DNA of 64,000 nucleotides from Azolla caroliniana. Lineage: Eukaryota; Plantae; Polypodiophyta. Below are positions 1-12,034 of the stretch, piece by piece; position 1 is the first letter of the stretch; every line of letters starts with the position of its first letter. Below the pieces are notes generated by a model. It did no database searches, had not been told where the DNA came from, and saw nothing but the letters and a program-made list of their open reading frames with translations. A program made the translations under genes and the position numbers. Location of the stretch: positions 14,632,001 through 14,696,000 of the forward strand of contig JBHGNT010000012.1 in NCBI GenBank assembly GCA_043228905.1, in the 5' to 3' direction.

Positions 1-740
1 CAAGTGACTACTAATCTTTTGTATCATTGCTCTGTTGAGTTTCTTGGCTGGTTATCATCTAAGGCCGAAGAAGAATGGAGATTACACAAATCTGATCATG
101 GGTGGTGGCAGATCTTACAACGTAGTTGGCATTCTAAATTGTGATTTGTAGCAAAGGTCTTCATTTGGAGAGTTTTGATTGGAGCATTGCCTTTGGGATT
201 AGCTCTAACGCATCGTGTATTAGGAACAGGTAATTGTTTCTTTTGCACTGTTCAAATGGAAGATAGTACTCATCGATTTATACAATGTCCGATTGCTTGT
301 CAGATTTGGAGTTACATTTCTCAAATTTGGCAAGTTTTATCACAATGTATTTGACACACCTAGACAATGGGTGTTTGCACAATTTACACAAGTTGACCCA
401 AAATCAGAGATGGAGATCGTTTTTCTATTTCAAAGATATTGGGGATTGTGTCATAATTGGAATATGCGCAACGCTTTTGTATTCGACGGTAGACATGGAG
501 TGAAAGCATATCTACGAAAGTTGAAGGGAGTCCTAATGTGGCAATTTTCTTTATTGGAGCAAGTGGGAATTCTTTCCTCGGTGGAGTGTTCGTCTCGCCT
601 ATTGGCAATTCAACATATTCCACTACCCATGTAGTGTAGTTAGTGGGTGACCATACTCCATTGTCACACCTATTGTAAGTAGTGTTTTTTCACATTTATT
701 AATATAATTGTGTGTTTTCACCATAAAAAGAAAAAAAAAA
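1..740 (+). mobile_element. 3' end of a degenerate LINE (L1-like ORF2 zinc-binding region and poly-A tail)
   Basis: The frame from 121 reads SWHSKL*FVAKVFIWRVLIGALPLGLALTHRVLGTGNCFFCTVQMEDSTHRFIQCPIACQIW (zf-RVT-like Cx2Cx8Hx4C). A later frame gives WNMRNAFVFDG. An A-rich tail lies at 726-740. Confidence 0.8.
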
Positions 741-3240
741 GTTGTACATGAGAGAGAGAGAGAGAGGGAGAAGTATGCTTAATCTATTGATAGACCTACT
801 CTCTTCAAAAGTTTGTAGTTGTGTTTCTAGCTACAATAACAAGTTTTGTTGTTTGATGAAAGCACCATATACAAGTTAATTCATTCAATTCCATGGGTAG
901 GATTTTACTTAATAAGTTTAAATAATTAGAAAGTTATATTTAAACATTTCATCAACGAGCATGTAGATACAAAAGAATTGTTCATAAACAAGTTGATGTG
1001 ATAAATTTAACATCTAGTTTTTGTGAAACTTGTATTCTTCTAACAATCATGAAGCTACCACATAATCTATAATGTATCAATCTTAGAAGGGGCCATGATG
1101 TCCACATGTATGCACGTACATGCATGATATTTCCTTCTAGGTTTAAACTTTGTGCTAATATAACTTGTAGTTAGAATGAAAATTGTAGTCTTGTACGTGA
1201 GCAAATGATCACGGTTTCCAAGTGTTGTTGCATGTCACCTTCACAATCTCAAGGGAAACAATAAATTTTGTGTCGGGTATTCCCAAAATATTGTGGGGTA
1301 TGGTAGCACTTGTTCATTAGTGTTTTAAAGTGTAGAGCTCTACCTAGAAAAGATGCTAATAATTGGAATAGGAACATATATACCATCAAGATGATTTCCT
1401 ATTGCAACTCAATAAAATGTGATAGAACATAATAGAAGCCTAAAAGTAAGAATGATAATAATACATTGCCTTTTGACTTGTCACATGAGACCAAATGTGG
1501 ATTTGATATTTGTTCTTTTATGTATTTCAAATATGCCTAATGTTTCTCTCTTTACCAATAGGAAAATAAATACAATGACCATTGGTGTTCTGGAATTCCT
1601 AATTGGTAAGATATTTGCAATGATGTCATATTGTAGGGTTTTCATTAAATCTTACCCAACCCCCAATGTAGAAGTATATAATCGACATGGAATTTCTTTT
1701 AAGTTCAAAAACTTGAGTAGAAACTCGAAAGTATTTGTAATGACCATGTCTTCTATTTGTATGATGAACATTCACTTCAGTTTTGAATTCTATTTACTTT
1801 TTAATGATGAATCCTTATGAAGGAAAAATGAAGGAGAAATGATTTCTTTATAGTAGACATTGATGTAACTTTAGGTAGTACATTGCATAGGTGTCATTTT
1901 GTAACCTAGGAAAAGTAAGAAAATATGTCGGGTTAGCCATATGAAATCTTTTAGAAGCAAGAAAATATGTTGGAGTCCAAGTTGAAACTATATCATTCCA
2001 AAACTTCTATAAAAGACTTCGACATGTTAATTTTTGTACATAAATGATTCTAGATCATCCAAACTCCATTACTGGTGCCAAAATAAACATGTAAAATACT
2101 ACAAGTGACCACATGATTTGATGGATCAATATCCTATTGAAAATCTAGCAATGATAAAATGAGAGCCCCTCATAGAAATTGAAAAGCATGAAATATAAAG
2201 GCAAAGGGAGTGTTAAACATGACACAAGTCCTCATCATGTACCATTCCACACATGGAACCCTACTTTTCTTGGTCAAAAAAGTTGAGGTTGGACCATGAC
2301 TTTGTGTACAGATTTGTTAAACATCTACATACTAGTAATGTGAGCCCGTACCCTTTCTAAGACTCATTGCTTCAATATATAAATAGCCATTGAGATTATA
2401 ATGACTAAGGTGGTTAGTGTAAAAGATTTCTTTGAAGATATTTCATTGATTTGCGAAGGCTCTATGTAATCATATGTACCATGAAACAAATGCACCTCAA
2501 AATTGTTGTAGATTATATTGGGGAAGTTTCCTTGAGCTAGAGGAATAATTAATTAGAGGAGAGGGGAATAACTAATAGAGGAGACAAACATTCTTGGAGC
2601 TAACTTGTAAATGTGAACTCACGGTGGTTCAATAAGATATATCAAGTTTTCAACTGTACTTATTAGTAACAGATAAGATTGTTAGGAATTCGCAAGGTTA
2701 CTAGAGAGATATAACATTGATGACATATGAAACGTATAATGTTGAGCAAGCAAAACATTTGAATGAATATGGATACTAACAATATTGCTTGAAAACAGGA
2801 CTCCAATGACAAGCACATTAAAAGAGACATTAAAAACTAAGCGAGTTGAGGTACTAAAGATGTTGCGAAACATATTAAGGGTTTGGGTTCCTATAACATC
2901 ACAGTATTGTTTGATCCTTTGAAATAACTTGGCATTTTGGCTACCTTGAGTATGCATTGACATGAGGGTGAGGTCAAATCAATTGCAAGTTAACATTGGG
3001 GATGATTAAGGTCTTGAGATAACCCTAGTGAAGTGCATGAATATATTCAAATGATCACATCATAAGAGGGGAAGAACATATAAGCGTAATGTAGGACATC
3101 CATCTTCAAACTCACGAGGGGAAAGACACGCGAAAATAAAAGGGTATGTTGTATTGTGCATTGATGTCATAAGAAGTTAAGAATGGGTGAGTTCATATTT
3201 TGGTATATAATGTACAAGAAAAACACACGCCCACATGGGG

Positions 3241-5226
3241 TTAAGGGCTAAAGTATTTTCCTTTGCAAAGGCATCTCCAAGCAACACTATAGTAAGGGGA
3301 CTCTTGGACATTTTCCAATGTCCCTTGGTCAAGATTTTTCCCAGGGGGGAGATTATGGGCATCATGGGTATGGGCTACATGGTCGGGCTGTGGTAGTACA
3401 TATTTGTTGACACTCGGGGGCACGGTCACCTCCACGGCATTGCATGGACGACATCCATTGCACTTGTCAGTGCATGATGGTGGTCGCGACCCGATGTTCT
3501 TTGTTGCCAGTGTGCGCACAACCCTAGCGTGGAGTAGCTTCCTATTGTTCCTCGATACATGAGTCCTCATCCATGTAGTTGCAATGTGGTTATTGGCCTA
3601 CATCAAGGATTAATTTTAACTATATTGGCCTACATGAAGGATTAATGTCATTACCAAATTTAACTATATTGGCCTACATGAAGGATTAATGTCATTACCA
3701 AATTTAACTATATTTGGCCTACATGAAGGATTAATGTCACTACCAAATTTAACTATATTGGCCTACATGAAGGATTAATGTCATTACCAAATTTTAACTA
3801 TATTGGCCTACATCAAGGATTGATGTCATTACCAAATTTAACTATATTGGCCTACATCAAGGATTGATGTCATTACCAAATCTAATTATATTGGCCTACA
3901 TGAAGGATTAATGTCATTACCAAATTTAACTATGACAAATGGTCATGATAAAAGTTTTAAACATTCATACAATTTAACTAGAAACAATGAATGATTTCTT
4001 CCCATGCATGCATCAGCCTATGCCTTCAAGTTTTTTGTGATTCTCCCTTTTTGCCTATCGAATAATCATTATGTTTTAATTATTTCACATCTCAATCATT
4101 ATACTTAATTATTTCCCATCTCAATCGATATACTTAATCATTTCTCATCTCAATCATTATACTTAAATTTTGTCCATCTGATTCATAATTCTAAATTATT
4201 TCCCATCTCAATCATTATACTTAATTACTACCGGTCTCGATATCGGTCATTATACTTAATTATTAGCGAATTCAATAAATTATACTAAGTATTCATTCTG
4301 TTTAAACAAGCTAATTTTATGTTAATCCACTAAATACAAAATCTATATTCATCAGCAGAAGGAAGTGAACTATATATGGTGATTATCTGAATCTAATGTT
4401 ACTTAAGCTACTCACATGTACATCATTTGTGGTCTCAGGATGATTATTAGTATTTATGGTGATGATGGCAGTATCCATGAACCTCGGTGGTCCAAATGTC
4501 ATTTGAGAAATATCTGCATTTGCTTCATTCAATCCAAGTAACTTTTTCAAAAATGGAATCAAAATAGTAGTAGAGAAGATGGCTAGACTAAACATAGATT
4601 AAAAGACAAATGGCCAATCATATATATATATATATATACATATATATGTATATACAAACAGACACACAAAAATAGGCCCACAATGATGAATACATGATGA
4701 TGGAGACATCTAATTATGTGCCTCAAATTAGAGTCATGATTGCCAACTATGCAGATAATGATTATATAACTAGATTTAGAAGATAAATGTGAAATGATTT
4801 ATTATACACACATCAGCCCTCAATGATGATGAGCATGAGTACATGCATTGATGAAGAGATCAAAATTATGTAGTTAAAAGTTGGAATCATGATCACCAAC
4901 TATGGAAGTAGTGATATGTATAATAAGTGATAATGATGTACCCTTATAATAATAACCTTCAAGAAGAAGAAGAAGATGATGATGATTAGGATCTTTTACT
5001 TAATGCCCAGGTGATTGATTTTACCTTGTAAATGGTGATGATGATTAGCAGCTGATTTGCTAATCATGGTGTGGTTTAAAGGCATGGAAAGGAAGAGGGA
5101 GAAGAGGAAGAGTTTAAACCTTCTTCTTATTATAATGGCTTTTTGTGTGCTTAACAATAGTAGACCTTTAGTCATAATAATTATAATAATAATGTCAATA
5201 TTAGTAATAATAATAATATGATTCAT
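3241..5226 (-). CDS. EPFL: EPIDERMAL PATTERNING FACTOR-like secreted Cys-rich peptide, 3 exons (5226-5025, 4513-4416, 3597-3241; ~218 aa, start Met uncertain)
   Basis: Exon 3 encodes GSRPPSCTDKCNGCRPC...YYSVAWRCLCKGKYFSP, the six-Cys EPF/EPFL signature. The splice sites AAG|GTAAAA (phase 1), TGCAG|AT, CAT|GTGAGT (phase 0) and TGTAG|GCC are phase-consistent. Exon 1 has a hydrophobic signal-like stretch. Confidence 0.9.
3591..3932. repeat. ~44-bp tandem repeat, 8 copies, spanning the intron 2/exon 3 junction of EPFL
   Basis: Unit TATTGGCCTACATGAAGGATTAATGTCATTACCAAATTTAACTA starts at 3591 (short copy), 3623, 3667, 3711, 3756, 3801, 3845 and 3889. Confidence 0.95.
4065..4290. repeat. Degenerate ~29-bp AT-rich minisatellite in EPFL intron 2
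   Basis: CATCTCAATCATTATACTTAATTATTTC-like units recur about 7 times. Confidence 0.8.
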
Positions 5227-5923
5227 GAATGTGAAGGAAACATGTGTTAGGAGGAGGATATGATTTTGATTTTGAGTAGTCAGTTGGGGGGAGGCCTTTT
5301 ATTTATTCTTTTGGAGTGGCTAAATCACAAAGCTAAGTAATATATACTTACTTGATCTGAGAGTCCACACACATAATTAGTTTAGACAAAAATGGTAGGG
5401 GCTTCATCAATTAATTATTAGGTAGTAGCAGTCAATACAAAAATACTCACTCAACCCAAGGGAAGGGTGCCAAAATCTATACATGCATAGATATATATAT
5501 ATATATAAATATTCTGGATTTATTCTTATTCTTATTTATATATATACATATATATATATATATAATTAGAATTAGAATTATAAAGGCTAAAGATGAGATA
5601 GTTTGGAAAAATGGCATCCATAAAAATAAAATAAATGGATATAGTAATAATGATATTCTTTGGAATAAAAAAATAATATTAGTATCATTCACTCTCTCTC
5701 TTATCATGCCAATATGTATATACAATACCTCTTCTCTAGAATGCTATTGATTATAATTTTGTCCCTAGAGGAGTGTCTTTGTACATATATGTTTGGTGTT
5801 TTTTCTTCTTGGGGGGAGGGGGAAGGGACATCAAAACATATATTATTTGTTTTATGAACTCGAGACTTTCGTAAAACATGTCCTCCCCAAAACCACAACA
5901 ACATTCGGGATGACGACACATGA

Positions 5924-5925
<2 letters not shown>

Positions 5926-5963
<38 letters not shown>
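5926..5963. repeat. (TC)n microsatellite upstream of EPFL
   Basis: Perfect TC run. (TA)n runs also occur at ~4619-4653 and ~5490-5563. Confidence 0.9.
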
Positions 5964-5965
<2 letters not shown>

Positions 5966-8900
5966 GCTTCGAAGGGCCCAAACCACCAAGTTCCATCTTG
6001 ACACCGTATCAACATGACTTGCGGGTATATGCTTAACACATGCAAGTAGAACAATGTCTTTGTCGATAGAGCTGTTGAAAGCAAAGCGGTAAATAGGTAT
6101 GTAACATGTGGGAATCATCTAAAAAACTATGGGTTCATAGCGATCCCTACCCGACAGTATGTTTGTGACACTATCAATGCACTCGACAAACCTTCTTTTT
6201 GTATTGATTGGCTTGATCAACGGAGTTTTCCTTTCCTCTCAAGGTTTTCTTATATGCTTAGATACCACAAATCTACCTCGAAATAATATGAGAAACTTAC
6301 CATAAATGTATACAAATTCATAATATAAACTAGGTTATTCAAATAAATTTGAAAGCTAGGTTATATGTGTTTGCACAAATTAGGGATCAATCTATGAGTC
6401 TCCTCTCTCCCTACACAATAATGTTACTATAAAAGTGGTTTTTTATAGAAATTTTGTCAAACTCTTTTTATCTAAAAATATTTTCGTACTTGATGTTTTA
6501 TTTTGTAATAGGAAAACTCAAAATTTCATTCTCGATGTTTTATTGAGTGAGGACACTTTGTTCGTAGACACAACTCTATTGGTTCATGATTAGGAAAATT
6601 GCAGCGAAGGAAATTCATGTTCCATCTTTGTTATGTGCACACCATCAATACTCCCTAAGTTTCACATGCAACTCAATTGTTGAATTCGTAATCTGTTTGC
6701 TCAATTTGGTGTCTAGGATACGTGTGTCCATCAATGCATCAACACTAAAACACATTGTCATTAAGAAACCATCAAACCTTCTGAGCAAACTACATTTTCA
6801 CATGCAATGCTCAACCAATCTATCCATCGTTTTTAACCAAGTGTGTAGAAGCCATCTTAATTCACCTATAGTAGAAGTTTTAGAGTTTTTTAACATTTCA
6901 ACTTTGCAATTTGAAATCCATCTATGAATACTCGCCATGTTTCTATCACTTTCCAAGGAAGATTTGTTTTGGAATTCCATGTAACTCTTTATAGCCCATG
7001 TAATAGAGATTAGACAATCCTTGTTTGGATGATAACAAAATTCTTCTCCTCGATTGTTGCTCTTGAAGTAAAATTGGGAACTCCTTAGGGCAAAGCAAAG
7101 GATTCCACCTTGAGTGAACATATTTGTGACTTGGCCACAAAACTTCAATTCAATACATGACATATACACCTCCACACAAATTGTAGCGATCACCTTGAAA
7201 CCTTAGGACATTGTACTAAGTTTATTTTAATACATATATTTGCTAACCCTTATGACTAGTTTCATTACTAAGTTGTATCGGCGCCAACAAATATCTCTTG
7301 ATCAAAATGTCTACTAAACGTTAGCAACACTAATAGAGGCAACATAATGTTTCTTATAATATATGCACATGGAATGAAACATCATTGCTTTCCTTAATTG
7401 TACTATTCCCATGTTAAATATAAGGGCTTGAACACATGAATTCTAGTCTTGTCATCCATGGAACTTTCACAAACACACACACAAACCATCTTCTTCTTAG
7501 AAGAGAGACAACACACTCATCTATATGTACATGCTAGAACCAATCCCTCTTCTTGTCAAATGTACCATTGCTACAATATGACATAGTTCACAATCTCTTC
7601 AATGTGAGACGTGGTGTTGGATTGCAATGTTTATTAGTCCAATTCTTGACCTCACTAACTACTATGTAAAAGTGATTTACTTTTGGTCCCATACATCATA
7701 CTTCATCTCTAAAAGGGATAATAGAACCTATCCACCTATCTCTCTTTACTATTGTCATTGTAGTATGTATGGGAGGAATGCATGATATTTTAACCTATTG
7801 TAGACAACCATACCAAGCTACATCCTGTTTGGATAGGTAATGCTTCATTTACATGATCTTCATTCTTCATTATAATGCATCTCACTCATTCTGCAATAAA
7901 CGTGGCACAATTTGAACATTGTAGATGGAAGGCATAAATCAAAAAAATCCTAACACATTGTAGTGGAACCTCTCTCTTTTTCTCTCCCTCTTTCTCTCTC
8001 TCACACACAATCACAAAGTATACTTTCGATTGCAACTTTTATATGGTAAGATTCTTGAATATCAAGAATCACTACTAAAAATGATTGAACATTGAGAATC
8101 ACTACTCAAGTTCATACATACAATGTAGAAATGATTTAGTTTTGGTGTCATATGTCATATTCACCCTTGGCAGATGATGCTAGAATCCATCTACCTCAAT
8201 TCTATATATAAAGGTGATATGGCCATTTTAACAAATACATTAGAATATGCATAAGCTTACAAAGTATTTAAAAATAATAATCATGCATTATAAGTTATTC
8301 ATACATCTCCAAAACAAAGGTTATGCTTATGAGATGTACTACATTTATTTAATGGTGCCTGAATATGTGCTAGAATGTCAATCTATCCGGACGTAGGAGA
8401 AATGTGGAGATTCTCATATTACATAGTATGTTACATATGCTACACCAAACTACAAGACCTTTTTCTTCCTCTAATGGGAGAGCCACACTCATCCATTCAT
8501 GGTAGAGCCATCAATTTCATAACTTAATGTGCATTGTCTTAAATGAATATTTGACAATAGTGAGGACAATTGTCAATTATATATTGTTTAATCCTCAAGC
8601 AAGTTTGCGAGTTTGAGTATGACACTCCACTACAATTGTCTACGTTCAATACATTAGAGTTTGGTCTTCAATGTGCATTCTCAATTGCAACATGCATTAG
8701 TAATTTCTTGAATATTCAGAGTTATTTTTACCAACATTGAGACACATCATGAAAGTGTTACCCTTTGGTCCCATGGGTTATATTTAATTCTTGCGCTATT
8801 AATAAAATCCAACAACATACCTATCTCTCACTTATGGTGACACCATTTGTATATAAGGGCAATGACTTCAAAATTCTAATTATTTGCCTTGTTTTTTAAA

Positions 8901-11900
8901 GTCAGGTTACACCTTGACGCACCCATCACAATCAGTGATACGTTTAGACCAACATGGTTTTCCTCTTTTTAGGTAAGTGTTGGACCATGATACACCCATC
9001 ACATGTTATATCTCTTAGTTACAATGCCATTGTTATTTACAAGGGAGATGGTGTCAGTATTCTAACAATTTGCTATTGTTAGGTAGGGCTGCACCATTGG
9101 GTACTCACCACAATCTGTGATATATTAGGAACACCATGCACTAATGGGATTGTACGATTTTAGGTAGGCGAAACGTACGGACACTCATGATAGATCATGA
9201 TATGTTAGGAGAATCATCACACACAACTCTCTTGGAATCCATTTGGATAAAGATCCCGCAACAACCTTTAATACAAACATTACAAGATCATTAATAATAT
9301 AGCATACCCTTGATTGTTTGAGTGTACATTACAAATATTTGAAGTGATGCCAATGTAGTGGTATAGATTGCAACTTACCTTAAAGTCATTTGGATGTACA
9401 TGAGATGTTTGAAGTGTTTGAGCATATTATAGTACCATATTGATGGCAACAAGATTGTATCGTGCATCTCCATGCGGATTCTCACACAGAGACTTAGGTA
9501 TTCATGGATTGCTCTAGGGAATAATGAATTTAAAGTAACGAATTGTCCCCAATGTAATGGACACCATTCAAAAACATAAAAGATAATGCGAACTACAAAA
9601 TGTCACCTTTTAACAGTATATGACGTATGCACCGGTAATCAAGGAGGTATAGATGAATTCATGATGTACATAGTCTTCATGTGAGAACACCTTTTTTTTT
9701 TTTCCAAACGGTGTGATAATAGTAGGCATGTAGCCATCCTTTTGTCACCTTTTCAATAAATCATTCCAACAAACACTTTCAAGTTAGACCAGAATCCTAG
9801 TATAGTTATAATTATAAAAGCAACATAAACATGTATTGTTTGGAAAAAATAACTACGGAAAGAATTGTGTTCTGAGTTTGGAAGAGGTTTGGGAAGATTC
9901 GGACAAAGGTCTAGATGTGTTGGTGGCTTGATGATAACAATATCATAGTAGTAAAAACCAAAATACAACTGACGTGGAAAAGAATGGATGATTTCATATA
10001 TGACACTTTTATCCAACAACAAACATATCCCAATCGTCACAATGAGGGAAATCTACCCAAACATTAGCCATCAAAGTTTAATAGGAGTTGTATACATGTG
10101 GCATTCTATATGTGAAAGTATTAAGCATAGTTATGGTTGATTGACGAAATGTACATGTGCACGATACATTTTAACCAATAGTTTTGACTTGTCTCTTTTC
10201 TTGATCCTAAAATATAGGCTTTACAATAACTTTTGAATGTAGACTCCTTGACACATAAATAGACTCCTCTTTAGAGACAATGCTAAAAAGTTGGTTGAAG
10301 GACAAATTTATCTTATTTGAAATAGAAATTGTAACTCCAAATCATATTGCTATAGAAATAGTTCATACATGGCTTCTTGGTAATGAAAGTTGATTGATTG
10401 TATTCCCCTTCCCCCCATCATCTTTAATATTATTTGAATATCAAGCTTTTGATAAATTTAAGCGGTGTGAAGACGGGACAAAATAATTTCATCACAACAA
10501 GACAAGACAAAGACATTTTCACTTTACTAACTATAGAGGGTCTTGCAAAGCATTTATCCAAATTTTTGACTCTATAGTATTACCTTCTCTTAATGATTCT
10601 CAAAATGAACACTCAGAGCTCGAGATTTATGGTAATCAACTTGGCACCTCATTGTTACAATACTAACGGCTTTGCTTTGCCTAGTTTTAAAATGTAATCA
10701 TTAAAATGTACAACTTGAAACTAAAATTTAAATATGGATATTTACCTTTTATCTAAATATTGAATTGATGATGTTTCACATTAATCTACATAATTAACCA
10801 CCTAATTGCAAAATTGAATAATTCATATTTGATTGACAAGTTTTTGAAAGTTAAGTAAAAACTCGTAATAAGTGGTCCAAAAAACAAGAAACTTAAATTT
10901 TTTCCTCTTACACTATTTTAGGGGTATATATATATATATATATATAATACTACAAGGATGTGCATGTGCATATGTGTGTATATGCATGAATGCAAGCATG
11001 ACCACATACATACATGAATGGATAAATCATGCCAAACAATACATAAACTGGTTATTAACGTCAATAATGACCTTTGATTAAGTAGTAAAAACTCAACATT
11101 CATAAATAATGGTTTTCAGAAGTGTACTAAATAAAATTTTAAGAAGTTTACAATAGCTCATACTGGGTTTAATGTGAGACTCCTTAATAAAGATTTAAAC
11201 ACATGATCTTTTTGGAGAAGCTTCTTGGCCTTTAAGAAAATATTATATTTAATAAATGATATTATTGTCATGTAGTTCACTGCATACATATATTATGAGA
11301 AATTGTCATGTTAGCACCTTGCACAAACAAAGTGCTAACAACCAAATGGCATGCTTGCACAAATGCCAAGTGATAATCATATATAAATTTCAATGGTAAC
11401 ATTTAGTTGGGTTGTTGATTTGCTCGTTCCTTTGACCAATTTTGTAATAATCATTTGGAAGGAGCAGTTGTAAGTTGAATATCCATAAATGTAATAATCC
11501 AATGTCAAAAGTCAATTGTAATATATATTTTCCATACTATGTTGAGTCTTATATCTTAGTTGGATGGCATGACTTGAATTGTGCCACATAAGTGGAAGCT
11601 TTGTCCATTGTTGAACTGTTCCGTTTAGCACTTGTCTTGAGCAATACCTTATATAAAATCATCTTCTCATGATCTCACTCATCATTGTTTTGGGACTTCA
11701 GTTGTGATACCCCATAGTGAGGGAATAACATTACGTATTAACAATGCTACCCCTTGTACTAAGCTTAATATTGGTTTGCAAAATCTCTACCCAAGATCTA
11801 GACACGAGTAACCATCTCACTCTCATATTTCCAAGAAGAAGTTGAAGTGACATAATTCTCCATAATCACCGCAGGTATATTCAACACCCACTCTCCCCTC

Positions 11901-12034
11901 TCTACCCCTACCACCAACGTCCTCACTCCCTCCCATGTCCCTTTACATTGACCTCGAAAAATCACTACCAACGTCGACCCCTCTTTCCTCAACTTTTATA
12001 ACCTTCAATCCTCTTCGTTTGCTCTACCACCTTC

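Noticed and set aside
1400-3100. Possible ancient gypsy RT remnant (RHGHYKY-like peptide on the minus strand near 1745) and ORF 1419-1820
   Set aside because: Too degenerate to support boundaries or a family assignment.
3591-3932. CRISPR-like array (also the 54-bp and 23-bp arrays)
   Set aside because: These are contiguous tandem units with no unique spacers, in a eukaryotic context with no cas genes.
6500-7600. Possible DNA transposase remnant
   Set aside because: No recognisable motif, terminal inverted repeats or TSD.
8900-9215. Four degenerate ~70-110-bp similar segments (AGGT...CACCCATCAC...TGATAT..TAG)
   Set aside because: Low identity and irregular period. No function can be supported.
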